Positions 1 through 8,696 of a stretch of DNA of 58,764 bases are shown here, piece by piece. Position 1 is the stretch's first letter, and every line of letters begins with the position of its first letter. The DNA is taken from IMG/VR virus record IMGVR_UViG_3300017754_002055, positions 1 to 58,764 of that record; one strand, given 5' to 3'. Origin of the DNA: a virus (lineage: Duplodnaviria; Caudoviricetes). Position numbers and translations under genes: made by a program. Under the pieces are notes generated by a model, which was not told the origin of the DNA, did not search any database, and saw only the letters and a program-made list of their open reading frames with translations.

Positions 1-123
1 AGAAAAAAAGCAAAGCCCGACCAAGGACTAATCACTCAGCTTGAGAAGATGATTGCTAGTGGACAAGTTACGTTCGATAATTTTGTGGACACGGGACGGT
101 TCATCAACGAGAAGGAGTTCAGA
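1..123. repeat. Terminal direct repeat, left copy (circular-contig overlap)
   Basis: Bases 1-123 are identical to 58642-58764 and lie inside a CDS that reads through the junction. Confidence 0.95.
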
Positions 124-330
124 AAGAACAATCCAAGAGAGGTATTAGAGGCTGACTGTACCGACATCGTTGTCTATGCGGGTAAATTATACCTACAGGT
201 TCTAAAGTCGGGAAATTACCGCCTAAGAATCGACGAGAGCAAGGGTGGAATCGAGAGTCAGTCACTCGATACAATGGAGCTATCTCTTTGGTCTCTTGTT
301 GCAGATAAACTTTTCAACGATAAGAAATAA
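1..330 (+). CDS. Hypothetical early protein, 3' part; true start is ATG 58609 across the circular junction
   Basis: ATG at 58609 (MRLISKHISSERKKAKPD...) is in frame with ORF 49..330 after circularisation. Confidence 0.75.
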   Translation, partial: RKKAKPDQGLITQLEKMIASGQVTFDNFVDTGRFINEKEFRKNNPREVLEADCTDIVVYAGKLYLQVLKSGNYRLRIDESKGGIESQSLDTMELSLWSLVADKLFNDKK

Positions 331-341
331 TTAATAAAAAA

Positions 342-375
342 TTGTACTACAAATGAACAAAGGTGTTATCTTTGC
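342..375 (+). promoter_or_regulatory. Bacteroidota sigma70-type promoter for the replication operon
   Basis: TATCTTTG at 368-375 (TAnnTTTG -7 consensus) with TTG at 342, 22 nt before ATG 398. Confidence 0.7.
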
Positions 376-397
376 GTCATAAAACAGAAAAAAGTAT

Positions 398-700
398 ATG
401 AAACAGGAAGTTTTTAATCAATATGCAGAGAAAGTTTCTGAAGTTTTTAGAATTGACAAAGAAAGTCTGTTCTCTAAATCAAAGAAAAGAGAGACGGTTG
501 ATGCCCGGTATTTGCTCTACTATCTTTGCTTTCACAGACCCATGCAAGTGGGTTACATTGAGAGGTTCATGAGTGAGAATGGGTACTCAATTCAGCACTC
601 GACCATCATCCATGGAATCAATGTCGTGAAGAGTAAGGTCAGCGAAGACAAGGACTACGAGGCTATCGTAAAGGACCTAGAAAAATCAGTATACATCTAA
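398..700 (+). CDS. DnaA C-terminal-like helix-turn-helix DNA-binding protein
   Basis: Pattern 'LFSKSKKRETVDARYLLYYL...HSTIIHGINVV' resembles DnaA domain IV. Confidence 0.7.
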   Translation: MKQEVFNQYAEKVSEVFRIDKESLFSKSKKRETVDARYLLYYLCFHRPMQVGYIERFMSENGYSIQHSTIIHGINVVKSKVSEDKDYEAIVKDLEKSVYI

Positions 701-713
701 CAATCAAATCAGC

Positions 714-1340
714 ATGTCAGCAACAAATCAATCAGTTTTTTCTACGTTGTCTTCAATCAACGTAAGAGACAAGGTAGAACGTAAAGGGAATCAAGACTAC
801 CTATCATGGGCTAACGCATGGACAATTCTCAAAGCCAATTACCCTAACGCACAGCGCAAAGTGTATGAGTCTGAGCACACAGGCTTTAACTATTTCACTG
901 ACGGGCGCACGGCATGGGTCAAGGTTGGGATAACCATCAACGAACAGGAGCACATTGACTACCTACCTGTTATGGACTTCCGCAACAACGCAGTGCCAAT
1001 TGATAAGGTTACCGCAACGGACATAAACAAAACAATTCAACGTTCAACAGCTAAGGCTATTGCCATGCACGGACTAGGCTTGTCTCTTTGGACAGGAGAA
1101 GACGTGCCCGAGTTGACAACTGAGAAGCCTGCCAAAGCGGAGACGGAAAAGAAAGCTCAAGCAGACTCGGGAATCATTGAGCTCAAGAAGGGCACTGAGA
1201 ATTGGGACAAGGTGGTGAGCTACGTTACAGCGAACAAGGCGCAAGGCTTGGAGAAAATCGGGCAGCAGCTTAATCGTAAGTACAAGATGTCGCCATCAAT
1301 CAAAAAGGAAATCGCTAACATAATTAACTCTGAGGCATAA
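714..1340 (+). CDS. Single-strand annealing protein, Sak3/DUF1071-like
   Basis: Motifs YLSWANAW, YLPVMDFRN and INKTIQRSTAKAIAMHGLGL; adjacent to an exonuclease. Confidence 0.8.
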   Translation: MSATNQSVFSTLSSINVRDKVERKGNQDYLSWANAWTILKANYPNAQRKVYESEHTGFNYFTDGRTAWVKVGITINEQEHIDYLPVMDFRNNAVPIDKVTATDINKTIQRSTAKAIAMHGLGLSLWTGEDVPELTTEKPAKAETEKKAQADSGIIELKKGTENWDKVVSYVTANKAQGLEKIGQQLNRKYKMSPSIKKEIANIINSEA

Positions 1341-2089
1341 TGGAGAATCAATTAGACGTGAGTGTCCTAGAGGTTCTCAAGGACGATAAAGAATACTACT
1401 CGGGTGTCGGAAAGCTATACCTATCAAACTCAGATATAGGTGTGCTGCTATCAAACCCCAAAGAGTTCGGCAAGGCAAGAGAAGACAACAAAGCTTTTGC
1501 TGAGGGCAGATACTTTCATCAGCTATTGATTGAGCCCGACAAGGCAAAGCATACTATGTTCGTGGACGTGAGCACAAGGACGACAAAGGAGTATAAGTCT
1601 TTCTGTGAGTCCAACAACCTTCCGTTCTGTTTGCTACGAAAGGAGATGGACGAGATGGAGAATCTTGCATCAGTAATAAAGGCCAACATTGTATTCTATG
1701 ATGAGATATACAAGCCCGGAAATCAGTACGAGACTCCGGCGGTTGGAGAGATACAAGGCATGAATTGGAAAGGAAAGGCGGATATTATTACTGACGAGAT
1801 TATCATTGACTTGAAGACCACATCAGATATATCAGCGTTCAAATGGTCGGCACGTAAGTACAACTACGACTCTCAGTGTTATATTTATCAGCAGCTTTTT
1901 GGCAAGCCGCTCGTGTTCTTTGTGGTTGACAAGACAACAGGACAACTTGGAATCTTCAGACCGTCTGAGAACTTCATCAAGGGTGGCGAGCTTAAGGTTG
2001 CTAAGGCTATCGAGGTGTGGAAAAAATACTTCGGGCCAAATCCAACTGACGATATAGATAATTACTATATTGACGATACGTTAGATTGA
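1340..2089 (+). CDS. PD-(D/E)XK exonuclease (RecE/DUF3799-like)
   Basis: LSNSDI, GRYFH, KGKAD..IIDLKTT and YDSQCYIYQ motifs. Confidence 0.8.
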   Translation: MENQLDVSVLEVLKDDKEYYSGVGKLYLSNSDIGVLLSNPKEFGKAREDNKAFAEGRYFHQLLIEPDKAKHTMFVDVSTRTTKEYKSFCESNNLPFCLLRKEMDEMENLASVIKANIVFYDEIYKPGNQYETPAVGEIQGMNWKGKADIITDEIIIDLKTTSDISAFKWSARKYNYDSQCYIYQQLFGKPLVFFVVDKTTGQLGIFRPSENFIKGGELKVAKAIEVWKKYFGPNPTDDIDNYYIDDTLD

Positions 2090-2104
2090 CCCCTGTGAAG
2101 GGGT

Positions 2105-2201
2105 AGTCGGGTGGCGGAATTGGTAGACGCACCCAAAAGGATAGTGTTGAGGGTGACATCTCATGTAAATCTATATACAGGTTCGAATCCTGTTCCGACT
2201 A
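2105..2201 (+). tRNA. tRNA-like RNA (Leu/Ser-type D and T arms) with aberrant anticodon region; no anticodon assignable
   Basis: Acceptor AGTCGGG/TCCGACT, D arm TGGCGGAATTGGTAGACGC, T arm ACAGG-TTCGAAT-CCTGT. The about 45-nt middle has no 5-bp stem with 7-nt loop; no encoded CCA. Confidence 0.6.
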
Positions 2202-2202
2202 C

Positions 2203-2560
2203 ACGTTTCAGTTCATCACTGAATAGTATGTCCAATATGATGAGAAGCAGGTTGATTACCTACATGGAACTTCTGATAGGGAAACGCTCTATCCGGTTTG
2301 ACTGACCGCGGGAAATATCAAAGAGAAGCAAAGAACAACGTGCTCTCATAGTCTATTTTATTAAACCACACGTGTAGAGAGTTCGTGCTCTCATAATGAT
2401 GAGTCTGTCTAGGACTCAAACATTAAGTTTTTAATTTTTGTAATCAAGAGACGAAGGAGGATAACGTTTCTCCTTCTCTCTACATGATGTGAGTATCATG
2501 GTGTCTTTAAAGACACACCACCAATAGATGCGTTCAGCCTTAAGGATTCGTCGATTGGTT
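2203..2560 (+). ncRNA. Candidate structured non-coding RNA
   Basis: Run of hairpins (TTCAGT/ACTGAA, AGAAG/CTTCT, GATAG/CTATC, CGGT/ACCG, GAGTC/GACTC, GAAGGAG/CTCCTTC, CATGAT/ATCATG, ACCAAT/ATTGGT) in a gap with no credible CDS. Confidence 0.4.
2501..2516. repeat. 16-bp palindrome GTGTCTTTAAAGACAC
   Basis: Direct read; intergenic copy. Confidence 0.95.
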
Positions 2561-2595
2561 AACAAATAGATTAGGGCAAACAAAACAAAATCAAA

Positions 2596-2895
2596 ATGTC
2601 AGAAGACAAAATTTTTGCAGACGGATTCGTATTCAAAAGAAACGAGAACGCACCGGAATTTGTGATTGGTAGAATGTCAATCAAAATTGAGGACGCACTT
2701 GCGTTCATGCGAGAACACGACAAGGGAGGTTGGATAAACCTTAATGTCAAGCAAGCACGTAGTGGAAACTACTATGTGGAGCTCGACAACTACGAGCCAA
2801 AGAAATCAAACTCTAACAATGGCCCAAGCCAACAGGAGACAACCGATGGGCCCGCTAAAAAAGAGCCGGACACAGACGACGACTTGCCGTTCTAG
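2596..2895 (+). CDS. Probable single-stranded DNA-binding protein
   Basis: Small beta-rich protein with acidic tail ending DDDLPF, located in the recombination module. Confidence 0.6.
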   Translation: MSEDKIFADGFVFKRNENAPEFVIGRMSIKIEDALAFMREHDKGGWINLNVKQARSGNYYVELDNYEPKKSNSNNGPSQQETTDGPAKKEPDTDDDLPF

Positions 2896-2922
2896 TCCAA
2901 GCAGAAAAGGTAGCAAAAGAAA

Positions 2923-2945
2923 GGGGGAAACGTCCCCCTTTTTTT
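2923..2945 (+). terminator. Intrinsic terminator
   Basis: GGGGGA-AACG-TCCCCC followed by T7, downstream of the SSB gene. Confidence 0.85.
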
Positions 2946-2956
2946 AGCAAATTAGC

Positions 2957-3095
2957 ATGACAAAAATGCCAAAGCAACTACCCCTATACTCTCTATATAT
3001 ATTCTTCTTCTTCTTCTTTTTTTATTAATTAAAATATAAAGTAAAAATTGACATAAAAGACATATAGATTGAGAGTCAAACAATTAAGTTAAAAA
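2957..3095. other. AT-rich origin-like element, copy A
   Basis: CCCCTATA, (TA)n, (TTC)n, a T-run, then AATTGACATA-AAAGACATA; directly upstream of the primase-helicase; paralogous to 49526-49655. Confidence 0.45.
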
Positions 3096-3121
3096 AATCT
3101 ATCATAAAATCGTCATACAAT

Positions 3122-4198
3122 ATGCAGGTTACGTTATTTAAAAGCATAAGAGAGACCGATACCCCATTCTTCAGAAGCGTACATGCGGTTTTGAATAGGG
3201 TAAAGGACGGTGCGACCAAGGAATTGGTGAAGAAGATTCGCTCAGAGAAGCGCAAGCCCGAGCGCAACGAGATAAAGAAGCAGCTCCCGGCTATTTGCTT
3301 CAGCGGTACATTCAGTAAGCGAGCAGACTCAGCTATCATGGAGCACTCGGGTTTGATATGCCTAGACTTTGATGGGTACACCAAACAGAAGGAGCTGCTA
3401 CAGGACAAGGAGAACTTTACCAAGAGTAAGTATGTGTTCTCTGTATTCATTTCCCCATCGGGCAATGGCCTCAAGGTTTTGGTTAAGATACCGGCAGACC
3501 CCGACAATCACGCAAACTATTTCAATTCTCTTGAGAAGCATTTCAACTCTCCCTATTTCGACAAGACGTCCAAGAATTTGAGCCGAGTTTGTTACGAGTC
3601 TTACGACCCACTCATTTACGTGAACGACAACTCATCAGTATGGGATGTTATTGAGGAGCCGGAGTATACCGAGGTAAGCAAAGTCAGAGACGCTCCTACC
3701 ATACCCATTACAGACGAGAACAAGATTGTGGAAATACTTGTGAAGTGGTGGACAAAGAAATACCCAATGATGGAGGGGCAGAGAAATCAAAATTGCTACA
3801 TACTAGCAATGGCCATGAACGACTTCGGAATCAACAAGAGCTTAGCTGAATATATACTCAAGCAATACTCTTCAGAAGACTTCAGCCTTCAAGAGATTGC
3901 AACGACTATAAACTCAGCGTATTCAAACACGGCAAACTTCGGTACGAAGTATTACGAAGACGAGGAGAGAATCAATCAAATCAAAGCCAAGCTCAGAAGA
4001 GGCGTGCCAAAAAAGGAGGTGCGTTCTCAACTTCAAGACTCAAACTTAGAGCATGATGTGATTGAGTCAGTGCTGAGCAAGGTAGAGGAAGAGAACGCTA
4101 AGCAAACGTTTTGGACCAAGAACGACAAGGGCGCTATCAAGATAGTCCATATCCTATTCAAGCAGTTCTTAGAAGACAATGGCTTCTACAAGTATTGC
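3122..4198 (+). CDS. Primase-helicase, N-terminal part (BT4734/VirE-N-like primase-polymerase domain plus PriCT-like region); frameshifted
   Basis: KKQLPAICFSG, HSGLICLDFD, FISPSGNGLKVLV, RVCYESYDP and EGQRNQ motifs; the reading continues in the -1 frame at 4198. Confidence 0.75.
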
Positions 4199-5538
4199 CG
4201 GAGGGTGGTAAGAACTACGTGTTTGTCAAGGTCACTAATAATCTTATCGACCATACATCTGAGAAAGAGATAAAGGACTTTGTGCTACAACATCTGCTCG
4301 AGCTAGACGACATATCCGTGTACAACTACTTCGCGGATAACACGAGGTTCTTCAAGGAAGAGTTCCTGTCTATGCTATCAACGATTGACATTTACTTTAT
4401 TGCTGACTCAAAAGACTCAGCATACTTGTACTACAAAAATTGCGCTGTCAAAATAACAAAGAACGCCGTGACGTCAATAGACTACCTTGACCTAGGCGGT
4501 TATGTTTGGAAGGACCATGTGATAGATAGAGTCTTCTCAATGTGTGATGTGACCGGTAGATGCGACTTCAAAAAGTTTGTGTCAAACATAAATGGTGGAG
4601 ACGTAGAGAGGGTTAAGTCTATGGAGAGTACCATAGGGTTCATGCTGCACGGGTATAAAAACCTATCGTATTGCCCGGCCATCATCTTGAACGACGAGGT
4701 TATATCAGACAATCCGGAGGGCGGCACAGGCAAGGGACTTCTTATGAATGCCTTGAGTCAAATGAAAAAGCTAGTGGTGATTGACGGTAAGTCATTTACG
4801 TTTGAGCGAAGTTTTGCCTATCAGTTAGTGTCTGCAGACACACAGATACTATGCTTCGACGACGTGAAGAAACACTTCGATTTTGAACGATTGTTCTCAG
4901 TGGTAACAGAAGGGTTGACCTTGGAGAAAAAGAACAAGGACGCCATCAAGATTCCATTCAGCAAGTCACCAAAGATTGCTATCACTACCAACTACGCAAT
5001 CAAGGGAGCAGGCAATTCATTCGCTCGACGCAAGTGGGAGCTTGAGCTGCATCAGTATTATAGCAAATCATTCACTCCTCTTGATGAGTTTGGTAAGCTA
5101 ATGTTTGGCGATTGGAATGATGATGATTGGTGTGAGTTCGATAACTACATGATAGGTTGCTTGAAGGGCTACCTAAATACAGGGCTTGTTAAATCTAAGT
5201 TTGTCAACCTTAAGATTCGCCAACTATCTGCAGAGACTTGTCATGAGTTTATCGAATGGTGTGGGTTGGTTGATAACCAAGAGAGAAACAATAGTCTATC
5301 ATCCGGAGTAAGACTGTATAAGAATGAATTGTACTATGCCTTTGTTGATGAGTATCCGGACTATGGACCTAAGTCTAAGATGACTATCAGCCGAACTAAG
5401 TTTTACAAGTGGCTTGTATCCTATGCCATATTCAAGGAAGGAGTTATGCCCGAGGAAGGAAGAGACTTGCACGGACGTTGGATTATCATCAGAAAGAAAC
5501 AAGACGCAGAATATCAAAATCAATTAACAACAGATTAA
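4198..5538 (+). CDS. Primase-helicase, C-terminal P-loop helicase part (SF3/D5-like)
   Basis: Walker A GGTGKG, Walker B ILCFDD, ITTN motif; has no convincing start codon of its own. Confidence 0.75.
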   Translation, partial: PEGGKNYVFVKVTNNLIDHTSEKEIKDFVLQHLLELDDISVYNYFADNTRFFKEEFLSMLSTIDIYFIADSKDSAYLYYKNCAVKITKNAVTSIDYLDLGGYVWKDHVIDRVFSMCDVTGRCDFKKFVSNINGGDVERVKSMESTIGFMLHGYKNLSYCPAIILNDEVISDNPEGGTGKGLLMNALSQMKKLVVIDGKSFTFERSFAYQLVSADTQILCFDDVKKHFDFERLFSVVTEGLTLEKKNKDAIKIPFSKSPKIAITTNYAIKGAGNSFARRKWELELHQYYSKSFTPLDEFGKLMFGDWNDDDWCEFDNYMIGCLKGYLNTGLVKSKFVNLKIRQLSAETCHEFIEWCGLVDNQERNNSLSSGVRLYKNELYYAFVDEYPDYGPKSKMTISRTKFYKWLVSYAIFKEGVMPEEGRDLHGRWIIIRKKQDAEYQNQLTTD

Positions 5539-5539
5539 A

Positions 5540-5878
5540 ATGACTGAAGAACAGAAGGTTCATATTGCAATGATTAATTCATTCAATATACTAACAGGAA
5601 AAGTGGACATTGATTTGGTGATGGAGTCAGATGTACCGTACCTGTCATATCATCCATCAGAGTTCATCAATATAAACGCTGCTAAGTTTATCCTGTCCTA
5701 CTTTATGGAGAGGGAAATGTATGAGTATTGCGGAGAGTTTCAGCAGTTCATAGACGACACGTTCAACAAAGACGGAACACTGAAAGAGAAGACGTGCGAG
5801 TGCGAGATGCCCGAGATAAAAGAGTACACTAAAAAAACAACATGTGCAATATGCAATCTAAGACTGAAGATTTGGTAA
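5540..5878 (+). CDS. Hypothetical protein with C-terminal Cys cluster
   Basis: Tightly packed ORF with CECE...CAIC. Confidence 0.6.
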   Translation: MTEEQKVHIAMINSFNILTGKVDIDLVMESDVPYLSYHPSEFININAAKFILSYFMEREMYEYCGEFQQFIDDTFNKDGTLKEKTCECEMPEIKEYTKKTTCAICNLRLKIW

Positions 5879-7341
5879 GCGTATATGACAGGCTTCCCTG
5901 CTATAGCAATGAGATGATGCTTAAGCAGTGCGAGCTAATGCTGAAGACTGTTGAGGCGACCAAGGACGTCAAGGTTAGAAAGGGGCGGACGTTTGTTATA
6001 GAGAAGGTTCCAAGATTTAAGTATCATCCCAACGATGTGGCTATAGCAAGAAGAAGCTACGAGCACTATAAAAAACTTCACGAACAAGACATGGAAAGAA
6101 AAAATAGAGTAGAGTTCAGAGACTATCAAAAGTCAATCATACTTGAGGGCACTAGGAAAATACACGAGCACGGGTTTGTGTATCTAGCAATGGAGGTTCG
6201 CACCGGAAAAACATTGACTAGCTTAGGAATAGCAGAGCAGTTACATGCTGAGACAGTTCTGTTCATTACAAAGAAGAGGGCCATCGGTTCTATTCTAAAA
6301 GACTTTGACCTATTCAAGCCATCGTTCTCAATCTGTGTGATAAACTACGAGAGCCTTCACACTATTGACCACGACATGAATTGGGACTTGGTAATCTGTG
6401 ATGAGGCTCATGGTATGGGTGCGTTTCCAAAGCCAAACAACAGAGCAAAGGCGGTTAGAGACTTGATAAAGAAACATAAGCCAAGGATTATTTTATTGTC
6501 GGGAACGCCGACGCCCGAGTCGTATGCTCAGATGTACCATCAAGTATATAGCATACCCAAGAATCCATTCAACATGTTCAAGAATTTCTACAGGTTCTGT
6601 GACGAGTACGTGAAAGTAAAGCAGAGAAAAATTGGAGGCATGTTTGTCAATGACTACTCAGACGCAAAGGAGTCTATACTTGAGGTAATGCAGCCGTACA
6701 CAATCACCTATACCCAAGCAGCAGCGGGATTTGCAGCGGTAACCACCGAGGAGATTCTTGAGGTAGAGATGAAGGAATCAACCTATAAGTTGATTGACAA
6801 GCTCAAGAGAGACCTTGTGGTTCAAGGAAAGGATGAGACTATACTTGCTGACACGGCTGTCAAGCTTATGATGAAGACCCATCAGATGTACTCGGGGACT
6901 GTTAAGTTTGAGAGTGGAAACTCCATGGTGATTGATACCACCAAGGCTGAGTTCATTAAGGAACAGTTCGACGGGTGCAAGATTGGTATCTTTTATAAGT
7001 TCAAAGAAGAGCTTAACGTTTTGAAGCAGGTGTTTGGAGACATGCTGACTACCGAGCTTAGTGTCTTTGAAGACACCAATAAAAACATAGCCCTTCAAAT
7101 CTTGTCCGGGCGCGAGGGAATATCTTTGAAGCAAGCGGAGTTCTTGGTGTACTACAATATTGACTTCAGCGCCACAAGCTATTGGCAATCAAGAGACCGG
7201 ATGACTACCAAGGACAGGCTTGAGAATAATGTGTATTGGATATTCTCCAAGGGAGGAATCGAGCACGACATATATAAAGCGGTAACAAAAAAGAAAGACT
7301 ATACAGTATCACACTTTAAAAAATTTATCAAAGATGAGTAA
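5842..7341 (+). CDS. SNF2-like superfamily 2 helicase (start uncertain)
   Basis: FRDYQ, MEVRTGKT, DEAH, LSGTP and SYWQSRDR motifs. Confidence 0.85.
   Translation: MCNMQSKTEDLVSVYDRLPCYSNEMMLKQCELMLKTVEATKDVKVRKGRTFVIEKVPRFKYHPNDVAIARRSYEHYKKLHEQDMERKNRVEFRDYQKSIILEGTRKIHEHGFVYLAMEVRTGKTLTSLGIAEQLHAETVLFITKKRAIGSILKDFDLFKPSFSICVINYESLHTIDHDMNWDLVICDEAHGMGAFPKPNNRAKAVRDLIKKHKPRIILLSGTPTPESYAQMYHQVYSIPKNPFNMFKNFYRFCDEYVKVKQRKIGGMFVNDYSDAKESILEVMQPYTITYTQAAAGFAAVTTEEILEVEMKESTYKLIDKLKRDLVVQGKDETILADTAVKLMMKTHQMYSGTVKFESGNSMVIDTTKAEFIKEQFDGCKIGIFYKFKEELNVLKQVFGDMLTTELSVFEDTNKNIALQILSGREGISLKQAEFLVYYNIDFSATSYWQSRDRMTTKDRLENNVYWIFSKGGIEHDIYKAVTKKKDYTVSHFKKFIKDE
7061..7076. repeat. 16-bp palindrome GTGTCTTTGAAGACAC inside the helicase CDS
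   Basis: Direct read; encodes part of SVFEDT. Confidence 0.95.
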
Positions 7342-7537
7342 ACAAACTGCGGTAGAATGGTTGGTCGAGCAGGTTAATGCCGACTGCCTTAACTCAACCT
7401 TCATTAGAAAGGAATTGATTGACCAAGCCAAAGCAATGCACAAGGAGCAGCTTGAAAATGCTTATTTTACAGACAATATGAATGACGAAGAAAGTTTTGT
7501 AGAATACTACAACGCAATATATGGAGGTGACAAATGA
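7334..7537 (+). CDS. Hypothetical phage protein (KQTAVEWL...AKAMHKEQ type)
   Basis: Overlapping start/stop packing within the operon. Confidence 0.65.
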   Translation: MSKQTAVEWLVEQVNADCLNSTFIRKELIDQAKAMHKEQLENAYFTDNMNDEESFVEYYNAIYGGDK

Positions 7538-7842
7538 TAAAGTGCATATGTGTTGACGATAGCGGGAAGCCAAGGGTTATTCCGTCCGAAAGATGGCCAA
7601 AGAAAGAGCAGGAATATCACATTATCTTTGCTAGGCTTGTTCTCCCTCAAAGAGAAATAGCTGTAGAGCTTCAAGAGATTTCGCTAGACGAGAGCTGTTT
7701 GCCGTTTGAATACTATCTAGGGAAAAGATTTGCAATACACAAGAAAGACCTTGAGGCTTTGTTTGAAATGATTAACAGCGCACCGGAAGTCCAAGCTTCT
7801 ATTGCAGAAATATCCAACCAAGTATGGCAGCACACAGACTAG
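7534..7842 (+). CDS. Hypothetical protein
   Basis: ATGA overlap with the upstream gene. Confidence 0.6.
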   Translation: MIKCICVDDSGKPRVIPSERWPKKEQEYHIIFARLVLPQREIAVELQEISLDESCLPFEYYLGKRFAIHKKDLEALFEMINSAPEVQASIAEISNQVWQHTD

Positions 7843-8078
7843 AGAGAGACGTCCAAGCTAAGAAAATAAAAGAACTAGAGTCTCAAGGGTACTACGTTAT
7901 TAAGTTGGTCCGAACAAACAAGAACGGTATACCCGACTTGATAGCTATACCAAAAAATAGTGATGTTATTTTTGTGGAGGTTAAAAGCCCCGGCAAAAAA
8001 AGAAGTCCTCTTCAAGAGTTCCGAGACGATGAGTTGTCCAAGCATGGCGTAGAGGTTCAAGTTTACGATGGCAAATAA
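7824..8078 (+). CDS. VRR-NUC domain nuclease
   Basis: ERDVQ..GIPDLI..FVEVKSPG..SPLQ pattern. Confidence 0.85.
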   Translation: MAAHRLERDVQAKKIKELESQGYYVIKLVRTNKNGIPDLIAIPKNSDVIFVEVKSPGKKRSPLQEFRDDELSKHGVEVQVYDGK

Positions 8079-8086
8079 GTATCAAG

Positions 8087-8275
8087 ATGAGTAAAGACGA
8101 AGAGAACAAAAGAGCCGAACGCATATCATTTAGAATCAGTGAGTATCACTCAGTTTTAGATGACGTGTATGAATGTCTTACAGACAGGCATTTTCAAAAG
8201 GCTGAGACTGACATTAGGTTCTTAATATCTGAGCTTAGAATAACCTTAAAAGCTATGAGTGATGACGATTTCTGA
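8087..8275 (+). CDS. Hypothetical protein
   Basis: Operon packing. Confidence 0.55.
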   Translation: MSKDEENKRAERISFRISEYHSVLDDVYECLTDRHFQKAETDIRFLISELRITLKAMSDDDF

Positions 8276-8678
8276 AACAGAAGAAGACCTTAGAAGGGAA
8301 CGGAAAGCTATAGAAACATTTGTAAAAACATTCGGCGGCTCATTTCAAAAGTTAGACCCGCTTGATATTGACTTCAAGATATTCGACAAGGACAATAAAC
8401 TAATAGCATACGCCGAGGTTAAAGGACGTATAAGGACAATAAGAGATGCGTATCCACTCCCATTAGCTGCTCGTAAACTTGTGAAGCTTATGGACAAGAG
8501 ATTACAGGCGGTGGTTATATGGTCATGTGATGACGGAATAATCTACGGAAAAGCAGACCGACTGATTGGTCAAATCAAATGGGGAGGACGGCCTGCAAGA
8601 CAGGGCGCCTCAAATGATGAGGAGATGATGGTCTACTACGACAAACAGAAAGGGTTTAAATATGTGCGGTTCTCTTGA
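8259..8678 (+). CDS. Putative PD-(D/E)XK nuclease-fold protein
   Basis: E...IDF...AEVK motif spacing. Confidence 0.5.
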   Translation: MMTISETEEDLRRERKAIETFVKTFGGSFQKLDPLDIDFKIFDKDNKLIAYAEVKGRIRTIRDAYPLPLAARKLVKLMDKRLQAVVIWSCDDGIIYGKADRLIGQIKWGGRPARQGASNDEEMMVYYDKQKGFKYVRFS

Positions 8679-8696
8679 TTGAGTCCCGCACATTTT

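Noticed and set aside
1-123. 123-bp terminal repeat as a biological direct terminal repeat
   Set aside because: It falls in the middle of a CDS (58609 to 330) with no terminus-like features; best explained as circular assembly overlap.
2111-2305. 64-aa ORF from the track
   Set aside because: Its GTG start lies inside the tRNA-like D arm; it is a shadow translation of RNA structure.
2394-2426. TGATGAGTC...GACTCAAAC as a seventh hammerhead
   Set aside because: It lacks the C of CUGAUGA and the GAAA after stem II; it folds as a simple hairpin TAATG..GAGTC/GACTC..CATTA.
2501-2516. Palindrome as a canonical parS site
   Set aside because: Same length, but it does not match the parS consensus TGTTTCACGTGAAACA, and no ParA or ParB gene was recognised.
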